The notes under the pieces are model-generated. The model was not told where the DNA came from and did not search any database. It saw nothing but the letters and a program-made list of their open reading frames with translations. 64,000 nt of DNA from Microcoleus sp. (GTDB lineage Bacteria > Cyanobacteriota > Cyanobacteriia > Cyanobacteriales > Microcoleaceae). This document shows, piece after piece, positions 41,352 to 52,141 of the stretch (position 1 is its first letter; each line of letters starts with the position of its first letter). Position numbers and translations under genes: made by a program. The stretch spans positions 1,984,001 to 2,048,000 of the forward strand of contig CP181291.1 of assembly GCA_052279835.1 (NCBI GenBank). Reading direction: 5' to 3'.

Positions 41352-42365
41352 ATGTCATTCAACCATTTGGATTATTGCCAATATTTACTTAGTAGTCAAA
41401 CCAATTACACCTTGACAAATTTAGCAGACCATCTGCAACAATTCAGCCATGATACTATCAATCGTTATCTCAAGAAATCAGAATTGACCCCTAGTTTATT
41501 GTGGCAGAATATTCAACGAGACATCCAAAAAAGTGATGAGGCTTGTGTAGTATTTGACGACACAATTTTAGATAAAAGGTTTGGACAAAAAATTGAATTA
41601 GTTCGTCGTCAATATAGTGGTACAGAACACAGAGTTTTACCCGGAATAGGATTGATTAATTGTGTGTATATCAATAGGAAAATCAACCAATTCTGGGTAA
41701 TAAATTACCGAATTTATGAGCCATTGGGAGATGGCAAAAGCAAGCTAGAACACGTTGCTGATATGATAGATGATTTGGTAAATTGCAAACAACTGCCTTT
41801 TGCCAAAGTCTTGATGGATAGCTGGTATGCGTGTCAAAAACTGATGGCAATGATTGATAATTTAGGAAAAATTTATTATTGCCCTTTAAAAAAGAATCGG
41901 TTGGTAGATGATACAAGGGGAGTAGAAAAATATAAACAAATTGAAAAAGTGCAGTGGACAGAATCGGAACTCCTGTCAGGAAAACTGATCAAAATCAAAA
42001 ACTTTCCTGCCGATAAAAAAGTGAAACTTTTCCGCGTCACTGTTTCTGCCAACAGGACGGAATATGTAGTAACTAATGACTTAAATCAAAATGACATAAC
42101 AGATGTCAGGAAAATTTGTAGTCAACGCTGGAAAATCGAATAATTTCATCGTGAGCTCAAACAATTAACAGGTATTGAATCTTGTCAGTGCCGTAAAGCC
42201 AGGATTCAAAGGAATCATATTACCTGTGCAATTTTAGTATGGACATTTCTCAAAAAAACAGCGCGTTCTATGGGAAAAACCATCTATCAATTAAAGAGTG
42301 AATTACTGTCAGACTATCTCAAAAAGGAACTGAAATACCCAGCAATACGTTTAGCACTTGTTTGA
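41352..42365 (+). pseudogene. IS701-family transposase with a nonsense codon
   Basis: YCQYLLSSQTNYTLT, FDDTILDK, LMDSWY, RWKIE*FHRELKQLTGIESCQCRKARIQRNH; TAA at 42141-42143, with the frame continuing to 42365. Confidence 0.9.
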
Positions 42366-42508
42366 CAGAAGAGTTGGTGATTTCTTGATTAATTAAATTT
42401 TTTATTGTATGGACGATCGCGGTCGGAGAGAAAACGCGGTTGCCCTTTTTCGGCACACTATATGTAGTGTGCCTGCGTAAGTCCTGTCAGTTAACTCTTG
42501 TAAATATT

Positions 42509-42663
42509 AGACCTATTGCAAAAAAAATCTATGTTACAATTAAAGGCTTTGAGTTTTAGACCTGAGAGCTAACTCATAATTGTAAAGTGCTGATATAACC
42601 TGCAATCTGCTCCACTTAAGCCAAACCTTTCATTGTAGCATAAAATTATTTTGCAAGAGGTCT
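42509..42663. mobile_element. 155-bp MITE, copy 2 (direct repeat of 40655-40809)
   Basis: Near-identical to copy 1 (two substitutions seen); flanked by ATT. Confidence 0.85.
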
Positions 42664-42758
42664 ATTTTTTCAATGCTATCAGGTGCGTCGCTGTGAGATT
42701 GTCGATATTGAGTTAGAAATTTTCTGTGGCGACGCACCCTACGACTAATGACTAATGA

Positions 42759-43604
42759 CTAATGAGCCCGTTTTTGGTCGCCCCGGCCGCGCAAATACTC
42801 CGCTGCAAAAGCCAATCCTCCCGAACCTACCATTAACAGTACGCTGAGAGCATTAATATCAGGTTTTACCCCAGTCCGAATCCGGCTAAAAATTTCCATT
42901 GGCAAAGTTGTAGTGCCACTACCTGCGGTAAAACTCGCAATCAAGAAATCATCCATACTGAGAACAAAAGACAGCAGACAACCCGAAATAATGCCTGGTA
43001 ATAATTGAGGCAACAAAACTTTAACAAAAGCCTCAACTGGTGTCGCTCCCAAATCCAAGGCAGCTTCTTCTAAAGAGGGGTTTAGGTCGGCTAATCTAGT
43101 AGAAACAGCTAGGGCAATATAAGCTAAACAAAAGACTATGTGAGCAGCTACAATTGTCCACAAACTCAGAGGAATAGCCAGGGCTGCTAAAAATACTAGA
43201 GTCGCCACCGCACTGGCAATATCGGGAATAATAATCGGCAAGTAGGCAACTCCTTGATATAAATTCTTGCCTGGAAAGCGGTAGCGGGACAAACCCACTG
43301 CCATCAATGTACCGAGTACAGCGGAGATGGCAACTGCACAGATAGCTACGGTTAAACTATTTCTTAGGGCAATTAAAATGCGGCTATCGCTAAATAATTT
43401 CACGTACCAATCGAGGGTAAATCCTTCCCAGCCGGCGCTAAAGCGTGATTTATTAAAGCTGTAAAATGTCAGTACCAAGATGGGTAGGTACATATAAAAA
43501 AACATCAAAATGGCAAAGACAACCTGCCAAGAAACCTTGAATTTAGGCTTTAAGTACATATCGGCTTGTATTTCCTCCTGTGGATTTTCGATAGTATTTT
43601 CCAT
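42759..43604 (-). CDS. potC: Spermidine/putrescine ABC transporter permease
   Basis: FFYMYLPILVL..YSFN, LEEAALDLGA, SFVLSMDDF. Confidence 0.88.
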   Translation of the reverse strand: MENTIENPQEEIQADMYLKPKFKVSWQVVFAILMFFYMYLPILVLTFYSFNKSRFSAGWEGFTLDWYVKLFSDSRILIALRNSLTVAICAVAISAVLGTLMAVGLSRYRFPGKNLYQGVAYLPIIIPDIASAVATLVFLAALAIPLSLWTIVAAHIVFCLAYIALAVSTRLADLNPSLEEAALDLGATPVEAFVKVLLPQLLPGIISGCLLSFVLSMDDFLIASFTAGSGTTTLPMEIFSRIRTGVKPDINALSVLLMVGSGGLAFAAEYLRGRGDQKRAH

Positions 43605-43758
43605 GTCTCGGTAATGGGTAATTGGTAATCGGTTGTTGTTACTTGTTATTTGTTATTTGTTATTTGTTATTTGTTATTTGTTATTTGTTAGGAGCTACCA
43701 ATACCCAGTAACCAATAACTAATGACTAATGACTAATAACTACTGACTAATGACTTCT

Positions 43759-44670
43759 TTAGATTGCATTGCGATCGCCATATTTTAGCAAAAGTGCAAT
43801 TCCAATACTCACTGCAAAAATTAATACCATACTCAGAGCCGATCCCAGCCCCCAATTTTGAGTTGCTCCCAAAAATTGATTGTAAATTAAACGAGCGGCT
43901 GTCATGCTGGAAGCGCCACCCAGCAACTCTGGATCGACAAAATCGCCCAAACAACTAATAAATACTAGCAAAGAACCGGCGGCAATTCCCGGCATAGTTT
44001 GGGGTACTGTTACTTGCCAAAAAGTTTCTACTGGATTTGCACCCAAATCCTGAGAGGCTTCTAGCAATCTGCGGTCTAATTTTTCCAACGAGGCGTAGAG
44101 AATTGTTACAATGTAAGGCAAATAGCTGTAAGCCATGCCAATTAAAACTGCTGAACTTTGATTGAGCAATTCCACTGGGGGAATACCCACAAGTGCCAAC
44201 AGCGAGTTGAGAACTCCTGTAGGCCGCAGAATTGTAATCCACGCATAGGATCGTAACAAGGAAGAAGTCCAGAGTGGCAAAACAAAGCCCAACAGAGTTA
44301 AATTCCGCCACTTTTTGGAGACATTGAGGGCGATCCAGTAAGCTACAGGGAATCCGAGTAGTAAACAGAGTATGGTAGTCCCGGTGGCAAAAAAGACCGA
44401 TCGACCAATTACCTGCAAATTCAGAGGCTCAAACACTCGCAGATAATTGGCAATTCCCGAAGGATTCACCAAGTCTCCCGGCTTAATATTCGGCACCAAA
44501 CTCAGTTGGAAAATGACTATAGTTGGTATGACTAATAATAAAGCCAGCCATAAGCCAGAAGGGCCGAGTAATGCCAGTGGTCCTACCCAGGATGACCACC
44601 TGGAGATAGTTTCAGCCTTCGATGGAGCATGGGGAGGAATTGGAGGGGGAGCTTTGGTGGAAACAGCCAT
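43759..44670 (-). CDS. potB: Spermidine/putrescine ABC transporter permease
   Basis: LPLWTSSLLRSYAW, LLEASQDLGA; start set at MAVSTK because the upstream extension translates a repeat. Confidence 0.88.
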   Translation of the reverse strand: MAVSTKAPPPIPPHAPSKAETISRWSSWVGPLALLGPSGLWLALLLVIPTIVIFQLSLVPNIKPGDLVNPSGIANYLRVFEPLNLQVIGRSVFFATGTTILCLLLGFPVAYWIALNVSKKWRNLTLLGFVLPLWTSSLLRSYAWITILRPTGVLNSLLALVGIPPVELLNQSSAVLIGMAYSYLPYIVTILYASLEKLDRRLLEASQDLGANPVETFWQVTVPQTMPGIAAGSLLVFISCLGDFVDPELLGGASSMTAARLIYNQFLGATQNWGLGSALSMVLIFAVSIGIALLLKYGDRNAI

Positions 44671-44870
44671 AAATAATAATTTTGAGTTGGGATTTTTGAT
44701 TGCTGATTTTTGATTAGTAGGGGCGGGCGAATCCCGCTCAGCGCAGCCGTTAGGTAGTCGAAGGGTGCAAGGATTCACCAACCGTAATCGCCTAAAATCG
44801 ATCGTCTCCTCAAGCCACCCCAACCCCACGGTAAATTGAAATGTAGGTGAAATTTAGGGGAAAAATCAGA

Positions 44871-46001
44871 TTAACCACTGGTTAATTTAGTCCAGTAGCG
44901 ATCGTAGACGTCTATAAATTTTCCTACGGGAGCTACACCTTCGCAGTTTTTCAAAGTAGCCTCGGAAGGGAACAGAATTTGGTTGTCCCTAACTTCCGGT
45001 GTCAGCAAACTAAAAGCATCTTCCGAAGGAGTTGAGAAACTGAGCCTTTCTACTAAAGAAGCAGCGACATCTGCTTGCAGCATAAAGTTAATCCATTTAT
45101 AAGCTGCTTCGGGATTGGGAGCTCCTTTAGGTATTACTAAGGTGTCAGTCCACAGAGAAGAACCGCTTTTTGGCACAACATAGCGCAATTTATCGTTATC
45201 GGGAATTACTTCATTAGCATCAGAAGAATAGCACATAGCTACTTTTAAATCTCCTGTCAGCATTTGTGGACGCCATGCGTCTGTGGTAAAAGAGGCGATC
45301 GCGGGTTTTAATTCTACCAACTTCTCATAAGCTTTTTTGACTTCCTCTGGGTTAGTAGAATTGAGAGAAAAACCCTGCATTCGCAACGCAGCACCCATGA
45401 CTTCTCGAACATCATTGGCCAGAGTCATTCGCCTTGTCAACTCCTGTTTGTGTTTCCACAAATAGTCCCAATCTGTCGGAGCTTCTTTGAGTTGTTCGCT
45501 GTTGTAAATTAACCCTGTGGTTCCCCAACTCAAAGGTACGCTGTAGCGGTTTCCTGGGTCATATACAGGGTTTTGGAATTGTTTTTTGAGGCGATCGATC
45601 CCTCCCAAAATGGAGTGGTCTAATTGGCTCAACAGCCCCAGTTCCTTCATCTGAATCACCATGTAGTCAGAGGGGTAAATGATGCTGTAGGCGCGACCAC
45701 CACCGGCTTGAACTCTAGCCAGCATCGCCTCATTGGAGTCGAATACATCTGCAATCACGCGGATGCCTGTTTTTTCGGCAAAGCGATCGAGCAAAGCCTT
45801 ATCTGTATAGCCTGCCCAAGTATAGATGAAAAGTTGGTCAGCATTACCTTTGACTGGAGGGGCCGATTGTACGTCTGCAAGCCGCCAGCCACAACTCGAA
45901 AGGGCTAAGCCGGAGATTGTCGCCGCCGAATTTTTTAGGAACTGACGGCGTGTAGAAGTAGCCCTGGAAATCTTGGAAATTGGTAGATTAGTGGGAGGCA
46001 C
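44871..46001 (-). CDS. potD: Spermidine/putrescine-binding periplasmic protein (Tat-type signal)
   Basis: TRRQFLK signal, YTWAGY, FDSNEAM, PSDY, SWGTTGLIYN. Confidence 0.9.
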   Translation of the reverse strand: MPPTNLPISKISRATSTRRQFLKNSAATISGLALSSCGWRLADVQSAPPVKGNADQLFIYTWAGYTDKALLDRFAEKTGIRVIADVFDSNEAMLARVQAGGGRAYSIIYPSDYMVIQMKELGLLSQLDHSILGGIDRLKKQFQNPVYDPGNRYSVPLSWGTTGLIYNSEQLKEAPTDWDYLWKHKQELTRRMTLANDVREVMGAALRMQGFSLNSTNPEEVKKAYEKLVELKPAIASFTTDAWRPQMLTGDLKVAMCYSSDANEVIPDNDKLRYVVPKSGSSLWTDTLVIPKGAPNPEAAYKWINFMLQADVAASLVERLSFSTPSEDAFSLLTPEVRDNQILFPSEATLKNCEGVAPVGKFIDVYDRYWTKLTSG

Positions 46002-46187
46002 AGATTCAAAGATTGGTTATTTGTTATTGGCGTCGCCCTGAGCGAAGTCGAAGGGTTATTTGTTATTGGTTGTTTGTTATTGGTTATTTGTGATTAGTTA
46101 CTTGTTGTTATGGGAACTAACAACTGACAACTAAAAACTCACAACTAAAAACTCACAACTAACAACTCACAACTGGCAACTGACTAA

Positions 46188-47318
46188 TTATTTCCTATCG
46201 CTTAAAGCGAGACAATCAGTAGTTCCCCAATAAGCGTAAATCGGCGTGTGCGGGTCTGGGAAAGAGCCACCGGTATTCGGTTGCCGCACCGTCATTTTAT
46301 CGCCTGTGGTCAACTCCACCACGTAATGAACGTGGGTTCCCATGTACATGATATTTTTGAGTCTGCCTTCAAAACAGTTGACAGAGACTTCCGGCTGGTA
46401 AAGATTCAAATATACTTTTTCGGGCCGGACACTGACTACTACAGAGTCGTCTGTTCCTCCACTCCACATATCGGATTGCTGGACGACTATTTTGAGTCCG
46501 GCCTCCGTGCGAACTGTGAGAGTCGATCGGTCGATCGACTCTACTTTACCAGCAAACAAATTGGTATCGCCAATAAAATCTGCCACAAAAGCCGTCTGCG
46601 GACACTCATAAATTTCTTCAGGAGATCCAATTTGCTCTATTCGGCCCTCATTCATCACTGCAATGCGGTCAGAAAGACTCATGGCTTCTTCTTGGTCGTG
46701 AGTCACCATCACAAAAGTCAGCCCCAATTCTTGATGCAAGTTGGAGAGTTCCAACTGCATCTGCTTCCGCAACTTCAAATCCAGAGCACCGAGGGGTTCA
46801 TCTAGCAGTAGTACCGCTGGTCGATTCACCAGAGCTCTGGCCAAAGCCACCCGCTGCTGCTGACCGCCGGACATTTGGCCGGGAAAGCGATTGGCGAAGG
46901 ATTCCATTTTCACCAATTGCAAAGCTTCCCGTACCCGTTCTTCAATTTCCACTTTCCCCAGTTTTTTAATCCGCAATCCAAAAGCGATGTTGTCCCAAAC
47001 ATTCATGTGACCAAACAAAGCATAGCTTTGAAACACAGTATTGACGGGACGGCGGTAGGCTGGAGTGTTGGTCATAGACTGACCACGAATCATCAATTCG
47101 CCCGCCGAGGGAGTCTCGAACCCAGCGATTAACCGCAGCGTGGTAGTCTTGCCGCAGCCACTGGGTCCGAGAATGCTAAAAAATTCTCCTTGATGGATTT
47201 CTAGGTCAACCCCGCGGACTGCGGTTTCGCCATTGAATACCTTAAAGACCTTGCGGAGTTCAACGTCAAGCGCTGTATCCGTTGCTGTAGTACCTTGGTT
47301 GAGTGCTGTCTGAAACAT
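46188..47318 (-). CDS. potA: Spermidine/putrescine ABC transporter ATP-binding protein
   Basis: GPSGCGKTT, MSGGQQQR, LDEPLGALD, C-terminal TOBE-like region. Confidence 0.92.
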   Translation of the reverse strand: MFQTALNQGTTATDTALDVELRKVFKVFNGETAVRGVDLEIHQGEFFSILGPSGCGKTTTLRLIAGFETPSAGELMIRGQSMTNTPAYRRPVNTVFQSYALFGHMNVWDNIAFGLRIKKLGKVEIEERVREALQLVKMESFANRFPGQMSGGQQQRVALARALVNRPAVLLLDEPLGALDLKLRKQMQLELSNLHQELGLTFVMVTHDQEEAMSLSDRIAVMNEGRIEQIGSPEEIYECPQTAFVADFIGDTNLFAGKVESIDRSTLTVRTEAGLKIVVQQSDMWSGGTDDSVVVSVRPEKVYLNLYQPEVSVNCFEGRLKNIMYMGTHVHYVVELTTGDKMTVRQPNTGGSFPDPHTPIYAYWGTTDCLALSDRK

Positions 47319-47488
47319 ATTCGCCCGTTCCTGGGGGTAATGCACGCTATCTTAATACAGTTTAAACTTAAACTTTTTTGTATTTTAGGCGAGGAATGCT
47401 TGATTTACTCGCTTTTGCGATGTTAAAGGCTCAAAAGCAGTTTTTAGGTAAAAAAAACCGATTTCTGCGTCTAGGACTATAAGTAGTC

Positions 47489-48130
47489 TTATTTAGGTTC
47501 GGCCTCTTTGTTGTCTGGACTCGGACTTACGGTAGGTTTTGGTTGTTTGTCTGTTTTTGGTTCTGGTGTTTTTTTCCATTCTGACAAAGGTCGCATAGTG
47601 GCATTTTTAAAGTCGAAAGGTACCAGAATTACGGGCAAATTCTGAGATGGCGATTCGGTCGGGTTGGCTTGAGCATATAAGAAGCGGCCGCTAAAGTCTG
47701 TTTTTCCTAAAACTAGGCGGTGAGTTTCCTGGTTATCTAGTTTTACTGTGACTGTAGCTTGGGGTTTATCGAGACCGAATTCTGGCAGTTGAGCGGGGGT
47801 GATACTAATTGTACGATCGCTCTTTCCTGTCCCCAACCTGTCTAACAAAAAATCTACTGATGCCTGATTGGCGTGTGCTTGCATCGGCACTTTCATTTCC
47901 CAACTTGACTTACCTCCTTTTACTGCATAAACGCGCTGGAATGTCAATATATTTTCGGCGGTTTTTATTGTAAAGAATTGTATGCGATCGGACTTAAAAG
48001 CAAAAATTCTCTGTTTTTCATCCTTAGCAGCCTCTTGCTTGGGAGCTACTTGTATCTCGAACAACAAAACCAAGCCTGTTAAGCTCAGTGCGACCGCTAT
48101 CAATACTAATGTATTCTTCTGCAATTTCAT
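47489..48130 (-). CDS. DUF4340-like protein
   Basis: N-terminal TM, EFGLDKPQAT, LVLGKTDF; typical position after a GldG-like gene. Confidence 0.7.
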   Translation of the reverse strand: MKLQKNTLVLIAVALSLTGLVLLFEIQVAPKQEAAKDEKQRIFAFKSDRIQFFTIKTAENILTFQRVYAVKGGKSSWEMKVPMQAHANQASVDFLLDRLGTGKSDRTISITPAQLPEFGLDKPQATVTVKLDNQETHRLVLGKTDFSGRFLYAQANPTESPSQNLPVILVPFDFKNATMRPLSEWKKTPEPKTDKQPKPTVSPSPDNKEAEPK

Positions 48131-48207
48131 AGTCACTGGGAATTGGGAATTGGGAATTGGGAATTTTGGGGGCTGTTAGTAGTAACAACTGACAACAGTC
48201 AACTGAT

Positions 48208-50214
48208 TTATCTTCTCTTCCACCAAATAGCGGTCCCAATTCCCAGTCCGAGTAAAGGCCAAATTAGCCAAGCTAAAACCAGAAGACCTATTTGGATGAC
48301 AGTCATGTTGATACGACGGTTAGTAGCTTTTTTGGGACTAATAGAAAAGCTTTGCTGGTCTGGTTTACTCAACCAACTGACAGAGTTAAGAAACACGTCG
48401 CTATTTAGTTGTTGGTCAAACCAGCCATTGGTCACAAATTGAGATGTGCCAATTACTACCATGCGCGAGGTTTTTCTGGGGGTTGAAGGCGCAGAAGGAG
48501 TTGGATTGGGACTGGGAGATGCTGTGGGAGATGCTGTGGGAGATGCTGTGGGAGATGCTGTGGGAGATGCTGTGGGAGATGCTGTGGGAGATGCTGTGGG
48601 TGTGGGCGAAGTTGGTGGTATTACAGGAGGTGTAGCTTCTTGGGAGACAATCACCGAATAGCTAATAGGGGAAGCAGTCGGGGATGTGGTTGGGGATGGG
48701 GATGGGGATGTGGTTGGGGATGGGGATGTGGTGGGTGATGGTGATGTGGTTGGGGATGGGGATGTGGTGGGTGATGGGGATGTGGTTGGGGATGTGGTTG
48801 GGGATGGAGATGTGGTGGGTGATGTGGTTGGGGATGGGGATGTGGTTGGGGATGGTGATGTGGTTGGGGATGGTGATGTGGTTGGGGATGGGGATGGGGA
48901 TGGGGATGTGGTTGGGGTTGGGGATGGGGATGGAGTTGTAGCAGTTTCCGATCGCACTAAAGCTACACCTAATAATAGCGGGCCTTGTCGATCGGTCTTG
49001 GGATCGAATTCCAATTTCCGGGTTGTCAAATCACTTTCGGCCCAACTTTCCTGACTTGTCCAAATCAGCGGTTTTTCCTCGATTCCTTCTACGGCTTGGA
49101 CTTCCAAAGGACGGGCAAAAGGATAAAATGAAATACCAGTGGCGAAACTTTGAGTAATGGGATGTTGGCCGTAACGTCGGACTGTAGGAACCGTGGGCCC
49201 CAGGCCGAATCTTTGGCCTGTCCCGGAAGCATCGATAGCCAAACGACTGTCTAATTTTACGCCCCATTCTTGCAGAAATTTGTCCAATCCGGTATTAATT
49301 GCCGGGTCTACCATTAAAAATAAACTGCCACCGCGATCGAGATAAGCTTTAAGTGCTTTAATTTCTGTATCTGAAAATGGTTTATCTGGACCTGCAACTA
49401 CTAAAGCATCTGCATCTTCTGGTATTTGTTTGCTTTCTGCCAAGTTTAGCGTTTTGGTGTTATAGTATTTGTCTTTCAGGGATTTTTCAGCTTGCTGAAT
49501 TCCACCTTGACCTTCTTTTGGCTGGCGTTCTCCTTTACCTTGTAAAAAGTAAACTGTAGGAATGCGAGTGCTGAGTATTTCTTCTAAGCCATTGGTAAGT
49601 TTGATTTCAGAAAGTCCTTGATTTGGGTCACTACCAAAAGTAGTACCACCTTTTTGCAACAACTGTTTTCTGTCCCCTGATTGCAGGTAAACTTCTCCGA
49701 TGGTAGAAATGTTAAATTCCCTAGCTTTTCCCGGTTGGGCGAGGGGGTCAACAAACTCGTATTCAAAATTTTTGCCTCCCTGACGTTTATAGGTTTGCAG
49801 CAATTCTTTGGTTTGGGGGTTTTGGGTTGGGTCAAATACCCAAACTTTGACTGTTTTTTGCAGGTTTTGCAATATTTGTTGAGTCTGGGGCGCGAGGGTA
49901 AATTGTTTGCTTTCGGTTAAGTCGATGCGGGTGGGATAGCGAAAGGCTATGAAGTTAATTACTCCGAGAATGACGAAGACAGCTAAGGTGGAAATCAGGG
50001 CGTTGGTGCTGGCTTGAGTAGAACGCCGTCCCCAAAAGCCTTGTTCGTAAGTTAAATATAGCAGCCATAGTGCGATCGTCACTGTTCCGCTAATCACCAG
50101 ACCAACTGTCATGGGTTCCCAGGCTGCGGAGACAAAGGCTGCTGTTAATCCCGCTGCTATCAGGAGAGGACCAAGCCAAAAAATGTATTTGAAATTGTTT
50201 TTTCTGGTTCTCAT
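48208..50214 (-). CDS. GldG-like ABC auxiliary component with a Thr/Ser/Pro-rich insert
   Basis: RIDLTE...[41 protein letters not shown]-terminal TM ending WWKRR. Confidence 0.85.
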   Translation of the reverse strand: MRTRKNNFKYIFWLGPLLIAAGLTAAFVSAAWEPMTVGLVISGTVTIALWLLYLTYEQGFWGRRSTQASTNALISTLAVFVILGVINFIAFRYPTRIDLTESKQFTLAPQTQQILQNLQKTVKVWVFDPTQNPQTKELLQTYKRQGGKNFEYEFVDPLAQPGKAREFNISTIGEVYLQSGDRKQLLQKGGTTFGSDPNQGLSEIKLTNGLEEILSTRIPTVYFLQGKGERQPKEGQGGIQQAEKSLKDKYYNTKTLNLAESKQIPEDADALVVAGPDKPFSDTEIKALKAYLDRGGSLFLMVDPAINTGLDKFLQEWGVKLDSRLAIDASGTGQRFGLGPTVPTVRRYGQHPITQSFATGISFYPFARPLEVQAVEGIEEKPLIWTSQESWAESDLTTRKLEFDPKTDRQGPLLLGVALVRSETATTPSPSPTPTTSPSPSPSPTTSPSPTTSPSPTTSPSPTTSPTTSPSPTTSPTTSPSPTTSPSPTTSPSPTTSPSPTTSPSPSPTTSPTASPISYSVIVSQEATPPVIPPTSPTPTASPTASPTASPTASPTASPTASPTASPSPNPTPSAPSTPRKTSRMVVIGTSQFVTNGWFDQQLNSDVFLNSVSWLSKPDQQSFSISPKKATNRRINMTVIQIGLLVLAWLIWPLLGLGIGTAIWWKRR

Positions 50215-50239
50215 AAAATTGATATTGAAGAATGTTATT

Positions 50240-51142
50240 TTATCCTGAATACGTAGGCAACCAATCGGTTAAATCTGACATTTTTTTGAAGTCAAGCACA
50301 GCCTCTCCTAACTTTTCTAAGTCTTCTAGGGATAATTGACGAATCCGGTTTTCGGTTTCGGGTTCAATTGTTCCTAGACGCTTCACAATTTGACGCAAAA
50401 TTAACGAGATTTGAGCTGTTTTTGTCGCTTCTTCTCTTGCCACACTTATTGCGCCATTTAGGTTTTGAATCCACATTTCCTGTTTTTCTAATTCTTTTAA
50501 TTCTTGCCCGTCAAAATTGTCCTCTATGGCTAATTCAAAAGCTTTATAAATTTCGCTTTTTGTATTTATATCTTCTGGTAATCTGTCGAGGGTGCTGCTG
50601 TTTTTTATGAAGTATATCCATTGGTCTGCGGCTGTTTTTAATTCCAACCACTGTTTGTTGAATTTGGGCATTTCGACAAATACTAACTCTATTTCAGTAT
50701 CGGGATCGTCGGTTTTTTGTTCTTTCTGTTTGAAGACAAATCGTGAAATGACTTCTGTTTGATTGGCAAACATTTCAAAATCGGCAATTTTTAAAGAGAT
50801 TACTGTTTTTAGTCTTTCGTGGCGTTCTTCTCCTGTTAATTCCCGGCTGTAAGTTTTGCCACCATTGTACAAAAATCTGTTCCCGAAGGAGGATAAGTGG
50901 ATTAATTGAAGTTCGATGAGAGCGATTTTGTCGCCCTTAATTTTAGCTTTGATATCTAGGTAGGTGTCTTTGACTCCCAAGGTTTCGACTCCTTCCTGGG
51001 GGTGGATGATGTCTAAATCTTCGATGACTGGCTGTGCTTCATAGAGAATTGAGTTTAAAAAATTAATCAGAATGTCTTTGTTTTCGGTAGTCCCGAATAT
51101 TTTTTTGAAGGCCAAGTCTATTTTGGGATTGATGAATTTCAT
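50240..51142 (-). CDS. Rpn-family PD-(D/E)XK nuclease (putative transposase) with a DUF4351-like C-terminus
   Basis: [42 protein letters not shown]-terminal [16 protein letters not shown]. Confidence 0.85.
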   Translation of the reverse strand: MKFINPKIDLAFKKIFGTTENKDILINFLNSILYEAQPVIEDLDIIHPQEGVETLGVKDTYLDIKAKIKGDKIALIELQLIHLSSFGNRFLYNGGKTYSRELTGEERHERLKTVISLKIADFEMFANQTEVISRFVFKQKEQKTDDPDTEIELVFVEMPKFNKQWLELKTAADQWIYFIKNSSTLDRLPEDINTKSEIYKAFELAIEDNFDGQELKELEKQEMWIQNLNGAISVAREEATKTAQISLILRQIVKRLGTIEPETENRIRQLSLEDLEKLGEAVLDFKKMSDLTDWLPTYSG

Positions 51143-51266
51143 GGCGGGAGGTACTGGGTAGAATTATGTACGAAAAAAAATAAACTTCACCTAACTATAT
51201 TACTTTGGGAAATGGTATCGATTTTTAATTTTGGCAATCCTATGTTCGCTGGCATCTATGTTTTTT

Positions 51267-52067
51267 TTAAGAACGTTGATAGCGCAAGGCATCGATGGAT
51301 TGGGCGGTGAGAAATACTCCTAAAATAATGTATGTGGCAAACATGATTAAACTACTGGTATCGAAAACTCCCTTGACAAGATTGGTGTAATGTGTTAGGA
51401 GCGAAAGTTGTCCTAATGCTGCTCCGAAGGGCCCACCGATGCCGACTGCTGCTGCATCGATCACCCAGAGAAATAATACTAGAGCGAAGGTGAGAATGGC
51501 TGATAAAATTGTGCTGTCTGTGAGGGAGGAAATAAACATTCCTAGGGACAATACTCCGGCTGCTAGCAAGATTAAGCCGCCGTGTCCTAGGAGAAGAACG
51601 GCGGGGGGTACGGGAGGGGTTGAGGAACTGAGGGCGATCGCCTCGCAAAAGAGCAGGGGCAGCAACATGGTGGTATAAAATGTTAAAACTCCGAGGAGTT
51701 TGCCCGTAGCAACAGCCCAGTTGGTTAAGGGTGATGTGGCTAATAGTTCTAAGGTGCCTCGTTTGCGTTCTTCTGCGTAAAGTCCCATGGAGAGTGCGGG
51801 TAATACGAACAATGAAAGGGAACCCATGATTCGCAGAAATAGTTGCAGGAATTCGTAAGCGACATCGATGGGAGGTTCGGTAATTCCCATTTGATCTCGC
51901 TGGGTGACTTGGGGAATTAATCCGTCGGGGGCGAGGAGGATTGCTATTAAAAAATAGCCGGTGATTAACCAAAAGACGGCGGCGATGGCATAAGCTAATG
52001 GTGATGCAAAGTAGCTTTGTAGTTCCTTGCGGTAAATCGCGACAATATTACTAATCATTACTAACAT
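51267..52067 (-). CDS. ABC-2-type transporter permease (GldF-like)
   Basis: RKELQSYFASP, AEERKRGTLELLATSP, GKLLG; six TM segments. Confidence 0.9.
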   Translation of the reverse strand: MLVMISNIVAIYRKELQSYFASPLAYAIAAVFWLITGYFLIAILLAPDGLIPQVTQRDQMGITEPPIDVAYEFLQLFLRIMGSLSLFVLPALSMGLYAEERKRGTLELLATSPLTNWAVATGKLLGVLTFYTTMLLPLLFCEAIALSSSTPPVPPAVLLLGHGGLILLAAGVLSLGMFISSLTDSTILSAILTFALVLFLWVIDAAAVGIGGPFGAALGQLSLLTHYTNLVKGVFDTSSLIMFATYIILGVFLTAQSIDALRYQRS

Positions 52068-52140
52068 TGGGAATGGGGAATGGGGAATGGGGAATGGGGA
52101 ATGGGGAATGGGGAATTGGGAATGGGGAATTGGGAATTGG
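52067..52140. repeat. Heptamer tandem repeat (GGGGAAT/GGGAATT)n
   Basis: About 10 units between the ABC ATPase and permease genes. Confidence 0.9.
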
Positions 52141-52141
52141 T

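Larger units (their letters stand above)
41100..42486 (+). mobile_element. IS701-family element
   Basis: TIRs CAGGACTTACGCAG(A/G)CACACTA at 41100 and, inverted, ending at 42486; no target duplication visible. Confidence 0.88.

Noticed and set aside
44671..44829. Upstream extension of potB
   Set aside because: It translates a GTAGGGGCG-type repeat and heptamer-like sequence; MAVSTK is the more plausible start.
48444..49054. Plus-strand ORFs with MLWE, GDAV and GDGDVV repeats
   Set aside because: They are antisense shadows of the Thr/Ser/Pro repeats in the GldG-like gene.
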